A stretch of DNA of 64,000 nucleotides from a virus (Duplodnaviria > Caudoviricetes), in IMG/VR virus record IMGVR_UViG_3300032216_000646, positions 1 through 64,000 of that record, one strand, 5' to 3'. Shown piece by piece: positions 1 to 9,079 of the stretch; position 1 is the first letter of the stretch, and each line of letters begins with the position of its first letter. The notes beneath the pieces were generated by a model, which was not told the DNA's origin, did no database searches, and saw nothing but the letters and a program-made list of their open reading frames with translations. Made by a program: the position numbers and the translations under genes.

Positions 1-1314
1 GCCGCCGCCGCCACCGCCCTTGCCGCCCATAGCCTTCATCATGTAGGCAGTACCAGCCATGTTTGCTACGGTACCCGCCATACCGCCAAGACCACCCAAA
101 AGCCCGCCACCTGCAGGGCTGCCCCCCATAGTTGATACGTAAGAAGCAAAACCACCAAATGTGCGAGCAAATGGTGCAAGAACTTTATTCAAAGCGTCAA
201 TGTGGTCTGCAGCAACCTTCAAACCTGAAATAAATGCGCTTTCAGCATTCTGCATAGCCTCAGTATTTGATGTATTGATTTTCTGCAAAGCATCTTGAGG
301 GTTTTCGTTACCCTGCAAGCCAGCAGCCTTCCTCAACTTATCCATAGATTTAGAATCACTCAAATCCATGTTTTTGCCCTTGGCTTTTTCAATCAGATAC
401 TGTTTGAACATTTGCTGTTGGTCATCGCTAAGACCGCTGTTACGAAGGCTTGAACCAAGATAGCCTCGACGGAATGAATCGTTGATGCCTTCTACAGTCA
501 TCTTTTTTCCATTACGAAGACGGCGTTCCAAATCACCGAAAATCTGCCCAGTAGTTCTAGTCTTACCCGTGCGTGGGTCAGACGTCATAATGCCAAAACG
601 GTTCATCATCAACTGTGAACCTTGACCTGAAGTCATGCCTGTAATCGCTGCAGTTGCAGCCATGTTGTCCATGTTTAGATACTTAGCGGCGTTACCAACT
701 TCACGAGCGGTGCGCATCCATTCGCTGCCCTTTTGACCACTGAAGTTTACGCCCTGCATCGACATAGCCTGAGCCATCAATGCGTCATTACCCGCAGCGG
801 TTAGACCACCGCCCATAGCACTTAGGGTAGCCTGAGCCATGACTGGACGAGAAACCCTAGCCCCAGACATGACGTTAGCGTTGTAGTAACTTGTAGCACG
901 TTGGATTGTGCCACCAACATCAGGAAGCATGTTGAAGGCTGTGCTAACAGCCTGACCAGCCAAAGCAAACCCAGATTTTACTTGGCTGTATTTCATGTTG
1001 TTCATGGCAATACGGTTTTGTGTTTCCGTAAATGCCCCAAGATGTTGACTTACAACATCTTTTAGACGTTGACCAACAACCTCCGCACCAAATCGAGCAT
1101 CCTCGTTAGTGCTAGTTTGTCTATTGCCGCCAACTCCATTACCACGTTGACCATTCCTAGTGGTAGTGGCTTTGATTTTACCGCCAGCACCAGAAGCATG
1201 GTTTTCTATGCCTTTAGTAAGAGTATCGACTTCACGAAGTTGCTTAAGAATAGCCGCAAGGTCACCTGAGATGCCTTTGAGACTTTCCGAAACACCTTTT
1301 GGTGTGAATGCCAT
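1..1314 (-). CDS. Tape measure protein, N-terminal part (runs off window)
   Basis: Open frame from ATG 1314 (MAFTPKGVSESLKG...) with AAGGA upstream; Ala/Gly/Met-rich; follows tube and chaperone genes. Confidence 0.8.
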   Translation of the reverse strand, partial: MAFTPKGVSESLKGISGDLAAILKQLREVDTLTKGIENHASGAGGKIKATTTRNGQRGNGVGGNRQTSTNEDARFGAEVVGQRLKDVVSQHLGAFTETQNRIAMNNMKYSQVKSGFALAGQAVSTAFNMLPDVGGTIQRATSYYNANVMSGARVSRPVMAQATLSAMGGGLTAAGNDALMAQAMSMQGVNFSGQKGSEWMRTAREVGNAAKYLNMDNMAATAAITGMTSGQGSQLMMNRFGIMTSDPRTGKTRTTGQIFGDLERRLRNGKKMTVEGINDSFRRGYLGSSLRNSGLSDDQQQMFKQYLIEKAKGKNMDLSDSKSMDKLRKAAGLQGNENPQDALQKINTSNTEAMQNAESAFISGLKVAADHIDALNKVLAPFARTFGGFASYVSTMGGSPAGGGLLGGLGGMAGTVANMAGTAYMMKAMGGKGGGGGG

Positions 1315-1323
1315 GATTCTTCC

Positions 1324-1467
1324 TTACAACTTTTTGCTCACTCTGGCTATCTCTAACCAGTTGATACGTTCTCTAGGACTTAGCCCTTGGATTTCTCCAA
1401 GAGTCCATCCTTCAAAACTTCTTGTCAATGCCGTCCACTCAGTGAGGAGAGAGTAGTAGTCAGTCAA
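1324..1467 (-). CDS. Small tail-assembly chaperone C-terminal-type ORF (gp51/GpE'-like), 47 aa
   Basis: Manual translation LTDYYSLLTEWTALTRSFEGWTLGEIQGLSPRERINWLEIARVSKKL; GW..EI..L..RER..W pattern; lies between chaperone and tape measure. Confidence 0.7.
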   Translation of the reverse strand: MTDYYSLLTEWTALTRSFEGWTLGEIQGLSPRERINWLEIARVSKKL

Positions 1468-1468
1468 A

Positions 1469-2281
1469 CTAGAACTGAAACAAAGTTCCGAAACTAATCG
1501 GAACTACTACCTTTCCTTCACAGTCAGGACAGGTGACTGAGGTGTCTTCGAATCGTGGTCCAGGGTTTCGTTCAGCGATAGCATCGCCAATCTTGCGACG
1601 GTCTACAACTCCAATGTTTTGGACTTGTATTTTGCTCAGAACTGGGTTTCCGTCAATCTCAAGCACAGTCTGCTCAAGAAGAAGGGAAGTCAGTTCTGAA
1701 ATGTTCTTTTCATCGTTGTTTGCCAACTCACGTGCGGTGATGCCAGTAGGCAAAGAAACGGTGTAAACATGCTTGCGACCTTTTACATCGAAAGTTCTTT
1801 GCGTTTTGTCTGCAAGCAACTTGGTCTTGATGTCGTTTAGAACGCTAACTTCAACGTCCTTGTAGTCATCACAACCTGAGCAATAAGACTTGATTTCTGC
1901 AGTGTCACCAAAAGTGGCACGATAGATTCCAAGAAGTAGTGCATCTCTGTCACCAGTCAACAGACCGTCTAAAACGCTATCTGTGGCTGGCAAGTTACCG
2001 ATAGCAACAGTGCCTCGGCTGAGGATAGTCAGAAGCATACGGCTCACGCTTGTAGCACGAGCAATAGCCTCTTCATCCCTACCAGTTAGTTCTCGAACCT
2101 CTGCGGTCTTGATGACCTCCCCGTCTGGAGTTATGTATCCAGCGGGGAGAGCCACCAAGGTGTCCGAAGGGGGTGTAAGAGTAGGTTCTGCAACCTCTGG
2201 TTCTGTTTGTGCGACTGCCTGACTAATCAGGTCATTTGCTAATGCTGGGTTTTCTCCAGCACTAATAGAGTTTGTAGTCAT
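1469..2281 (-). CDS. Baseplate hub/tail assembly chaperone (T4 gp26-like, Zn-binding)
   Basis: VRELTGRDEE motif, two CxxC pairs, aromatic C-terminus; position after tube. Confidence 0.7.
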   Translation of the reverse strand: MTTNSISAGENPALANDLISQAVAQTEPEVAEPTLTPPSDTLVALPAGYITPDGEVIKTAEVRELTGRDEEAIARATSVSRMLLTILSRGTVAIGNLPATDSVLDGLLTGDRDALLLGIYRATFGDTAEIKSYCSGCDDYKDVEVSVLNDIKTKLLADKTQRTFDVKGRKHVYTVSLPTGITARELANNDEKNISELTSLLLEQTVLEIDGNPVLSKIQVQNIGVVDRRKIGDAIAERNPGPRFEDTSVTCPDCEGKVVVPISFGTLFQF

Positions 2282-2303
2282 GTTGTTTTCCTTATGAGGT
2301 TAG

Positions 2304-2945
2304 TTAGTTAGCGAACGGTTTGGCGCTGCCTGTGGTGGTTAAACCTGTTCCCCATTTTACATCGAATCCTTCGTGAACAAGAGTCATCTGCTCAACAAAG
2401 ATAGCGTTGTCACCTGCGTTTAGGTCTGAGTATGCAACAGCAGTCGGCCAGGTGTTGTAAACGTGGAAGCGCATTGCAACGTGGTCACCAAAAGTTCCGT
2501 TAGCACCTTGTGCTTGACCATCGATGTCGCCCGCTGCCTTTGAGTTTGGTACTGGGTGTGATAGCACAGCAATCTCAATGTCACAACGGAAGTTTTGACT
2601 TAGAGCCGCTACTGAACCACCGTTCACAGTTGCAAACAAGTGGCGCATCCAATCCCAGTGCTGCTTAGTGCCGAGAACGACACCACGCTGCAAAGTGATA
2701 GGTGCAAAGGTAGTCTGACCAGGAATCTGGTGAACAGTAGTGTTGTATCCACCTTCACGGTAAGGGATGCTATCAGTTTGAACTGAAAGACCCGATACCG
2801 AGGTGAAGCCAACAACGACCTTCTTTGGCGCATCATTTAGCCATGCTGCGTCAGCAGATACGTGTGGCTTGAAAGTAACCAAGAATCGGAAGTTTCTTAT
2901 CGGGTCAGTCTCAAGCGTGGAGCGGTTGTTGATAATGGTAGCCAT
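2304..2945 (-). CDS. Tail tube protein (T4 gp19-like)
   Basis: DPIRNFRF, GFTSVSGL, YREGG, PGQTTFAPITLQRG, EQMTLVHEG motifs. Confidence 0.92.
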   Translation of the reverse strand: MATIINNRSTLETDPIRNFRFLVTFKPHVSADAAWLNDAPKKVVVGFTSVSGLSVQTDSIPYREGGYNTTVHQIPGQTTFAPITLQRGVVLGTKQHWDWMRHLFATVNGGSVAALSQNFRCDIEIAVLSHPVPNSKAAGDIDGQAQGANGTFGDHVAMRFHVYNTWPTAVAYSDLNAGDNAIFVEQMTLVHEGFDVKWGTGLTTTGSAKPFAN

Positions 2946-2967
2946 TTGTGTTTTCTCCTTCGGCTAA

Positions 2968-4479
2968 CTATGCAGTCTTTTGACTGAGGTTGATAACAAC
3001 AAACTCTGCAGGGTATTCAAGAGCCACACCGATTTCGATGTGAACCTCGCCGTTAGCGATTGTTGCTGGGGTGTTGTTTTCTTGGTCACACTTGATGAAG
3101 TAAGCCTCTTCAGGAGTGTTACCACGAAGACCGCCTTGGTTGTTGTACTGGTTTAGGAATACGCTAACCGAAGTGATGATTCTTGCCCATAGGTTCTCAT
3201 CGTTGTTTTCAAACAATGCAAACTGAGTAAGAGATTCAATGTTCTTCTTGATGTAGATGAGAGAACGGCGCATACCTACGTAACGGTTTGGAGTTCCGTC
3301 TTGCTTTAGTGTGCGACCACCCATAACTACAGTTCCTGCACCAGGCAAGTTACGAAGAGCGTTGAGTGGCTTGACGCTGCTGTTTAGAGTGTCAAGGTCA
3401 GTGGAAGTAAACGCACGCTCAAGAGCGATTGCACCAGTGATGTTGTTCTGTAGACCTGCAGGAGTCTTGAACGGACCAGCCGAACGGTCATTCTGAAGGT
3501 ATAGACCAGCGACTGCACCAGCAGGACCAATCAAACGTAGAGCAGAACTGCTACGAGCAACAGGGTCAGCAATGTAGTAGTTAGGGTAGTAGACGGCTGC
3601 CTGACTTGAAGCAGTGTATGAAGTTGCAGCAGTGATTGCGTTAGCAACGGTAAGACCGTCGTCAGTGTCAACAACAGCAAAACCCATACCTGAGTTAGCC
3701 CATGCAATCAAACCATTTAGAACAGTCGTTCCGTTAGTTGCGCCAAGAACCGAAATGATTTCTGGAGCAAAAATAACTAGTGGACGGTCAACTTGGTCAA
3801 ACTCGCTAGTTCCATTAGTAGCAACGGTTGCAGTGTAGTCAGATGCTACAGGTGCAGTTCCGTCAAGTGACGAACCAGTAAGTGGAAGCAAACCAGCGGT
3901 TGGTGCAGTTGAGTTAGTAGAAACAGAGATAGTGATGTAAGCAGAACCTTGGTTTACAACAGTTGCAACGTAGTCAGCAGAAGTGGTGCTGTTGAATACA
4001 ACGTTGTTGAAAGTTTCAAGAAGGTTGTCGTCAAGAGTAGAACTTGATGTTCCACCAGCAGTGGCTTCTTCCCAAACGTTCAAGTTGTAGTAGTTGGTAA
4101 CTCCAGTAGCAGCCAACTCAACACGTAGGTTAGTTCCTGATGAACCAGAGTTCTTAGCAGTAACAACAGCAACAGTAGTAGCACCGTTGACAATGTTTAC
4201 TGAAGCCTTACCAGCACCAGAACCTAGAACACGCTTTACATAAAGTTCGCTACCGCCATTAGCAAAAAACTGGGCGATACCAAACGTGGCAGGGTAAGCA
4301 GCATCATAAGTTCCGTAGTTTTTGACAAAGTCATACCACGAAGTGATGCGGGTTACCGCAGATGGACCCTTCGCAAAAGCGCCGATAGCAGCACCTGCAG
4401 CGTTTGCAGTGCCACCAACAGCGATTGGCGTAGGGAGAAAACGTTCACTGATGTAAACGCCTGGACGACCGTAGGTCAT
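2968..4479 (-). CDS. Contractile tail sheath protein
   Basis: RPGVYISE N-terminus; GGRTL, RR, FENNDENLW, YPAEFVVI sheath C-terminal motifs. Confidence 0.95.
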   Translation of the reverse strand: MTYGRPGVYISERFLPTPIAVGGTANAAGAAIGAFAKGPSAVTRITSWYDFVKNYGTYDAAYPATFGIAQFFANGGSELYVKRVLGSGAGKASVNIVNGATTVAVVTAKNSGSSGTNLRVELAATGVTNYYNLNVWEEATAGGTSSSTLDDNLLETFNNVVFNSTTSADYVATVVNQGSAYITISVSTNSTAPTAGLLPLTGSSLDGTAPVASDYTATVATNGTSEFDQVDRPLVIFAPEIISVLGATNGTTVLNGLIAWANSGMGFAVVDTDDGLTVANAITAATSYTASSQAAVYYPNYYIADPVARSSSALRLIGPAGAVAGLYLQNDRSAGPFKTPAGLQNNITGAIALERAFTSTDLDTLNSSVKPLNALRNLPGAGTVVMGGRTLKQDGTPNRYVGMRRSLIYIKKNIESLTQFALFENNDENLWARIITSVSVFLNQYNNQGGLRGNTPEEAYFIKCDQENNTPATIANGEVHIEIGVALEYPAEFVVINLSQKTA

Positions 4480-4521
4480 TTTGTCTCCTTAGATAGATGA
4501 ATGATTCTTTGGGGTTACGAG

Positions 4522-5169
4522 TTATGACGAAGTAATAAACGGCTCAACAGACATAAAGTCTGGATTGCCTGGACGTCCATTTGCAGGTAATGCAGATAGG
4601 GTATCCAAGTTTACTGATGACACCTTGTATAGGGTTTTTAGTTGACCCTGTGCGACTTCGCTAGAAACTCGCACAGTGACATTGTTTACGAACAAACGTT
4701 TTGCTTGTTCGGTGACATCTCTTTTAGAAATGTCTAAGACATCCATACGACGGACAGTGCCATCGTTTAGTTCTAGGATGCCAAATCTGAAAGGCAACTT
4801 TTCAAAAGTAAGTTGCGTAATAATCTCACGGTCATGACGAGGATGACGAGAGTAACTGGTCACCTGATAGTCAATGCTTACTGGGATAGGTAGGTTATCT
4901 TTGTAAGCCTGATTAGACAAAAGGTCACCAGGGTTACGATAGTCAGCAACTTCACCATAGCCACGCATCTCTCGTTGAACATCTTTCTGGACGTCAATCA
5001 AATCAATAGTGACGTATGGGTAACGCTGTTCACGAAGTTCTTGGTCAGGTTGACCAAACCATACTCCAACAGGTCGCTCCGTAGAACTTCCGTCAGCCTT
5101 CTGGTCATGAACAACCATGCCCTGTAGGTGTTCACGAAGCGCTTGGTCTTCATCTAAAAGGAAAGTCAT
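4522..5169 (-). CDS. Putative tail completion/terminator protein
   Basis: YPYVTID and PVSIDYQV motifs; directly upstream of sheath. Confidence 0.55.
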   Translation of the reverse strand: MTFLLDEDQALREHLQGMVVHDQKADGSSTERPVGVWFGQPDQELREQRYPYVTIDLIDVQKDVQREMRGYGEVADYRNPGDLLSNQAYKDNLPIPVSIDYQVTSYSRHPRHDREIITQLTFEKLPFRFGILELNDGTVRRMDVLDISKRDVTEQAKRLFVNNVTVRVSSEVAQGQLKTLYKVSSVNLDTLSALPANGRPGNPDFMSVEPFITSS

Positions 5170-5477
5170 AGGTGACCACCAATCTGACGAACAAGGCTAG
5201 TTAGCATTGCACGTTCTGCTTGGCTAGTGTCATTGCCAAAGTTACGGACTACAGCAGTCGGACGTGTACGCTCATCACCGTATTCATGGAATAAAGCAGC
5301 ATCGTGGTGGTCTGGGTGAACAACAGTAGAAAATCCCTTACCGTCATAAGTGACGTGGGTGTTGTTGATGACGTCTGGATGCCAACCTGCATGGTAGGCG
5401 TGACCACGTAAGTCAGCAGTCATGAATGATGCTGCTGCGTGGGCTGCGTTATGCGCTGCGTCTATAAAATGCTTCAC
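5166..5477 (-). CDS. Putative neck/tail-completion protein (HK97 gp10-like)
   Basis: HEYG...RP motif; position in neck module. Confidence 0.45.
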   Translation of the reverse strand: MKHFIDAAHNAAHAAASFMTADLRGHAYHAGWHPDVINNTHVTYDGKGFSTVVHPDHHDAALFHEYGDERTRPTAVVRNFGNDTSQAERAMLTSLVRQIGGHL

Positions 5478-5683
5478 TGCTTTTTGCCTAGCGATTTGGG
5501 TTGTGCGAACTTGCCATTGACGTAACCTGCTGCATACAGAGCCACAATCTCCTCTTGGCGGTTGTTCACACGAACACCAGTAGCACCACGGATAAACTCT
5601 TTACGTTCATCGAAGTTCTGGTAGTCGTTGACCCTATCCCACCAAGGTTTGAAATCCTTAGCATTCATTCGCAAAATCCCCAA
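5474..5683 (-). CDS. Hypothetical protein
   Basis: ORF overlapping next start; real start may be ATG 5668. Confidence 0.5.
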   Translation of the reverse strand: MGILRMNAKDFKPWWDRVNDYQNFDERKEFIRGATGVRVNNRQEEIVALYAAGYVNGKFAQPKSLGKKQ

Positions 5684-5747
5684 TCGAGGCGGCAGTATCT
5701 ACAGCAAGTAGGAGACAATCCGCACGGATTGCCACATCTCTAGAGTA

Positions 5748-5773
5748 AAGAAAAAGCCTGCACTTGGCAGGCT
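5748..5773 (-). terminator. Rho-independent terminator
   Basis: AGCCTGC/GCAGGCT stem followed by T-tract on minus strand. Confidence 0.65.
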
Positions 5774-5800
5774 AAATCTTATTTTGTTTGTTGTGGAAGA

Positions 5801-5971
5801 CTATTTCTTGCCCTTGATTTTCTTGGCAAGAGCGTTGTCCTTCTTGGTGTCTTCGGCTCTGGACATAGGTTTCTTGTCCATCTTCTTATCCGCCTTCTTG
5901 AACTTAGCCTTCTGAGCAGGGGTCATGCCCTTCATGCTCTTCTTGTCTTGCTCTTTATCTGACTGTGCCAT
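5801..5971 (-). CDS. Small Lys-rich basic protein (56 aa)
   Basis: Manual translation MAQSDKEQDKKSMKGMTPAQKAKFKK...; TAATG coupling. Confidence 0.7.
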   Translation of the reverse strand: MAQSDKEQDKKSMKGMTPAQKAKFKKADKKMDKKPMSRAEDTKKDNALAKKIKGKK

Positions 5972-6255
5972 TACTTCTTCTTTCCTGCCCGTCGTTTGTT
6001 TTCCTTAGCGACATTGTCGCTTTTCTTCATGGTTCGAAGATTGGACTGACGGTCATCGTTGTGGTTGTTGTTTTTGTGGTCAACGTCTTTATCCTTGCCC
6101 ACTTTGCCGTGCTTATCTTCATAATCAGCACGAGCCTTATTTTTGGAAGTGGTGTGCCACTTACCATCTTTGCCCTTGGTCTTATAGACGTAAATAGGGC
6201 GTCCGCCATTAGCCTCAGAACCCTTATACGGTCCAAACTTCTTGGTCTCAGCCAT
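5971..6255 (-). CDS. Basic HNH-like protein
   Basis: DVDHKNNNHNDDRQSNL...N motif; start re-set to ATG 6255. Confidence 0.65.
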   Translation of the reverse strand: MAETKKFGPYKGSEANGGRPIYVYKTKGKDGKWHTTSKNKARADYEDKHGKVGKDKDVDHKNNNHNDDRQSNLRTMKKSDNVAKENKRRAGKKK

Positions 6256-6481
6256 TCCTTTTACCTTTACCAATCTCAGGGTGTTTCTTGTGGTAATCCT
6301 TAGTAGCCTTAACACCCTGCTTGATAGTCTTAGCACCAGCAAGTTTGGTGAGGTTCATGCGTTCTTTTTTACCTGATTTGCTGTTTTGCTCAACAATGAT
6401 GTCGCCTTTTTTACCAGCCCCACGGTCTTCTTGTTTCTTAGTGACCGTGTGCTTCAACCCACCAGCAGTTACCTTTGCCAT
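6248..6481 (-). CDS. Small Lys-rich basic protein
   Basis: ORF track; coupled to neighbours. Confidence 0.7.
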   Translation of the reverse strand: MAKVTAGGLKHTVTKKQEDRGAGKKGDIIVEQNSKSGKKERMNLTKLAGAKTIKQGVKATKDYHKKHPEIGKGKRNG

Positions 6482-6789
6482 TACTTCTTCTTAGCCTCAA
6501 GACGCTTATGAATAGCCGCAGCCTTCTTCTTAGCGTCAGCCTTAGAAGACGCTCCCCAAGCCTGCAGGCTTAGTAGTAGGCGAGTAGGTTCTCCGTTAGG
6601 CTTGTGTTCAGGACCTGGTGACCCACCCATGCGAGCAAGGAATGAAGCACGACGAGGGTTATCCCCAGACTTTACAGGTGCTTTCAAATCAGAACCAGGG
6701 TGCGATTTCTCGTATGACTTACGCCCCTTCTCGTTCAACCCGCCTTTAGCGTTCTTACCAGATTTCTTTTGCCATGCTTCACTTGCCAC
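6481..6789 (-). CDS. Basic protein, DUF6321-like
   Basis: AWQKKSGKNAKGGLNEKGRKSY...LKAP...RRASFLARM pattern; GTG start 6789. Confidence 0.65.
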   Translation of the reverse strand: MASEAWQKKSGKNAKGGLNEKGRKSYEKSHPGSDLKAPVKSGDNPRRASFLARMGGSPGPEHKPNGEPTRLLLSLQAWGASSKADAKKKAAAIHKRLEAKKK

Positions 6790-6949
6790 TCTTCTTTTTC
6801 CTTCCAGCCGCCATGTTGTCCACCAAGTTAGGGTATGGACGACCAGCAGCCTTAGCACGAGCCTTTGCTGAAGACTTCTGACTCTTAGACAGAGGCTTGT
6901 CTTTTTTAGTTGGGTCTGGTTTCTCCCAGACTTTCTTTTCTTTAGCCAT
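6779..6949 (-). CDS. Small basic protein (56 aa)
   Basis: Manual translation ...AKARAKAAGRPYPNLVDNMAA... Confidence 0.7.
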   Translation of the reverse strand: MAKEKKVWEKPDPTKKDKPLSKSQKSSAKARAKAAGRPYPNLVDNMAAGRKKKSGK

Positions 6950-7161
6950 TACTTCTTTTCCTTGAAGTTCATGATAACACGAGGGTCACTGTAAACGTCA
7001 GGGTATGGATTTGGTTTTGACTCATAGCCCAACCAGTTTTGAACTTTGTTCAATACCTGATGCCATTTAGGGACATCTAACTGAACCATGTCATTGTAGG
7101 AATAGTTAGTGCGCTTCTTACCTGTGTAATCTTCAACAGGAGTTCTGTAAACTTTTTTCAC
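6949..7161 (-). CDS. Hypothetical protein
   Basis: ORF track; coupled on both sides. Confidence 0.6.
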   Translation of the reverse strand: MKKVYRTPVEDYTGKKRTNYSYNDMVQLDVPKWHQVLNKVQNWLGYESKPNPYPDVYSDPRVIMNFKEKK

Positions 7162-7379
7162 TTCTTAGCCGCCTTTACTGTTTTCTGGGCGTCGCCCTTG
7201 ATTTCTTCTTGTTGCTTGAACAAAAGTTCTTTTTTCTCACGGTCATGTTTTGCTTCAAGTTCCGTAAGTTGTGCCTGATGGACATCCTTACGGACGTTGC
7301 CACGCTTGCTTAGGAATCCACCCTTACCTCCGTTAGGAAGTGGGGCAGGTGCTAGTCGGGTATTAGTTTTACTTGCCAC
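7158..7379 (-). CDS. Small basic protein
   Basis: GTG 7379 start overlapping the upstream gene end. Confidence 0.6.
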   Translation of the reverse strand: MASKTNTRLAPAPLPNGGKGGFLSKRGNVRKDVHQAQLTELEAKHDREKKELLFKQQEEIKGDAQKTVKAAKK

Positions 7380-7530
7380 GTTTACCAGTAACTCCATACT
7401 TCTTCTTGACGTTTTTAGACGCTACGTCATGTTTGCCCTTAGCAATAGTGCCTTTGCTGTAGTCCTTGACCACACGCTCGGCTTTACCATTCATGTCTTT
7501 AGGGTTTTTTATGTTTGCTTTTTTTGGCAT
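7369..7530 (-). CDS. Small Lys-rich protein (53 aa)
   Basis: Manual translation MPKKANIKNPKDMNGK... Confidence 0.6.
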   Translation of the reverse strand: MPKKANIKNPKDMNGKAERVVKDYSKGTIAKGKHDVASKNVKKKYGVTGKRGK

Positions 7531-7645
7531 TTCGCTTCACCTTCTTAGGTAGTTTTCCTTCAGGAGTATGTGCTTCCCACTCCTTAGCCATCTCTGGCTT
7601 ATTTGTATACATCCATGCTCTTTGGGCTTGTGATAGGAAAGGCAT
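7499..7645 (-). CDS. Small basic protein (48 aa)
   Basis: Manual translation MPFLSQAQRAWMYTNKPEMAKEWEAHTP...; TAATG coupling. Confidence 0.7.
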   Translation of the reverse strand: MPFLSQAQRAWMYTNKPEMAKEWEAHTPEGKLPKKVKRNAKKSKHKKP

Positions 7646-8466
7646 TAGTTTCCTGCCATGATGACCCAGTAAGTTCCATTGCTAACTAGAGTCGCCCATT
7701 TACCTGCTGTAGCACCAGAGAAAAATCCATTTCCAACGCCAGAACCGCTAATAGGCACTACGTTTGATGTGGCTGAGGTAACTACGCCAGTGCTATTAGT
7801 TTTGAAGTTTAGAACACGACCAGTGTATGAAGAAGCGGTTGGTAATGTGACCGAAATCGATGATGCGGAGTTAAAAATAACAAACGTGTCAGTGTCTAAA
7901 ACAGTGTAAGTGGATGCAGTAATAGGAGTAGTGACAGCCGCTACAGCATACTTTCTGTAAGAAGTTACGCTAAGAATAGGGGTAGTAACTGTTCCAGTAA
8001 ATGTTGCACCTGTAGTATCTACCAAAGTTTTTGATGATGGAATAGTAGTTCCGTTTACAGTAGCAACGTTAGGCAACGAAGTGATGCCAGTTGGTAGGGA
8101 AGTAGCACCAGTAGTTACTAAAGTTGAACTAGAAGGAATAGTAGTTCCATTGATACTAGTGGCTGTAGCCACACCAAGGCTTGGGGTAGTAAACGTAGGA
8201 GATAACAAGTTTGCTTTCAAATCTAAAGCAGTCTGTTGTGCAGTAGAAACTGGTTTTGCTGTGTCAGCAGTATTGTCCACATTACCCAAGCCAACCATGG
8301 CTTTAGTAATGCCAGATACAGTTCCTGTAAACGTAGGAGAAGCAAGAGGCGCTTTCAACGCTACGGTAGCAGTTAGCGTAGTGGTGTTACCGTCAAGGTA
8401 ATCAAGGGCGGTGTTTAGAGTTGACCCCCAGTTGATTTGCCCAATGGTTGGTTTTACAAGTGGCAT
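7645..8466 (-). CDS. Fibre/structural protein
   Basis: KAPLASPTFTG and VGLGNVDNTAD..KPVSTAQQTALD fibre repeats. Confidence 0.75.
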   Translation of the reverse strand: MPLVKPTIGQINWGSTLNTALDYLDGNTTTLTATVALKAPLASPTFTGTVSGITKAMVGLGNVDNTADTAKPVSTAQQTALDLKANLLSPTFTTPSLGVATATSINGTTIPSSSTLVTTGATSLPTGITSLPNVATVNGTTIPSSKTLVDTTGATFTGTVTTPILSVTSYRKYAVAAVTTPITASTYTVLDTDTFVIFNSASSISVTLPTASSYTGRVLNFKTNSTGVVTSATSNVVPISGSGVGNGFFSGATAGKWATLVSNGTYWVIMAGN

Positions 8467-8468
8467 TA

Positions 8469-9077
8469 TTACGCTCCATACTCATTCTCGCCATAGCCGC
8501 CTGCGCCATAGCCTAGTGGGGATAACCTACGTTCAGCGATTACTGGCGTAGCATACTTTTGGAACTGTGGGTCATTCACAAGTTCTTCAGAGTTCATTTG
8601 ATTGCAGTCAATCGTAATAACCGCATAACGGTTACCGAATGAGCCACGAGGCAATACACGTGTAGGCACAAATACTTCGTTTTTGTAAACAATACGGTCT
8701 TTGATGTGTGCGCTAGGGTTTACCAGCAAATCAGGAAGTAGACGTTCGGCATCGCCCACGTTTATGACTATCCGTAAGGTATCCGTCACGTAGTAACCAC
8801 GTTCGTTCATAAAGTTTGTAGAACGAATAACTTGAGCCATCAAAGTAGGCATAGCAAATGGAAGCATCCATCTGCGACCCATGCCTACGTTAGAACTAGA
8901 CACATCGTAGATAGGGTCAACAATAGTGTTGTAGTTTTCGTTTAGGTAGTATTCCTGCCAACGAAACCAGTCAACTTCTTGACCAACAGTACCACCTAAG
9001 TCTTCGCCAATGCCCTCATACATGGACTTGGTTTCATAGTCTAGGTTGAACCTACCTTGGAGTTTTGCTCCACGCAT
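8469..9077 (-). CDS. Putative head-closure/neck protein
   Basis: G-x5-L...DRIVYKNEVF pattern; position. Confidence 0.45.
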   Translation of the reverse strand: MRGAKLQGRFNLDYETKSMYEGIGEDLGGTVGQEVDWFRWQEYYLNENYNTIVDPIYDVSSSNVGMGRRWMLPFAMPTLMAQVIRSTNFMNERGYYVTDTLRIVINVGDAERLLPDLLVNPSAHIKDRIVYKNEVFVPTRVLPRGSFGNRYAVITIDCNQMNSEELVNDPQFQKYATPVIAERRLSPLGYGAGGYGENEYGA

Positions 9078-9079
9078 AG

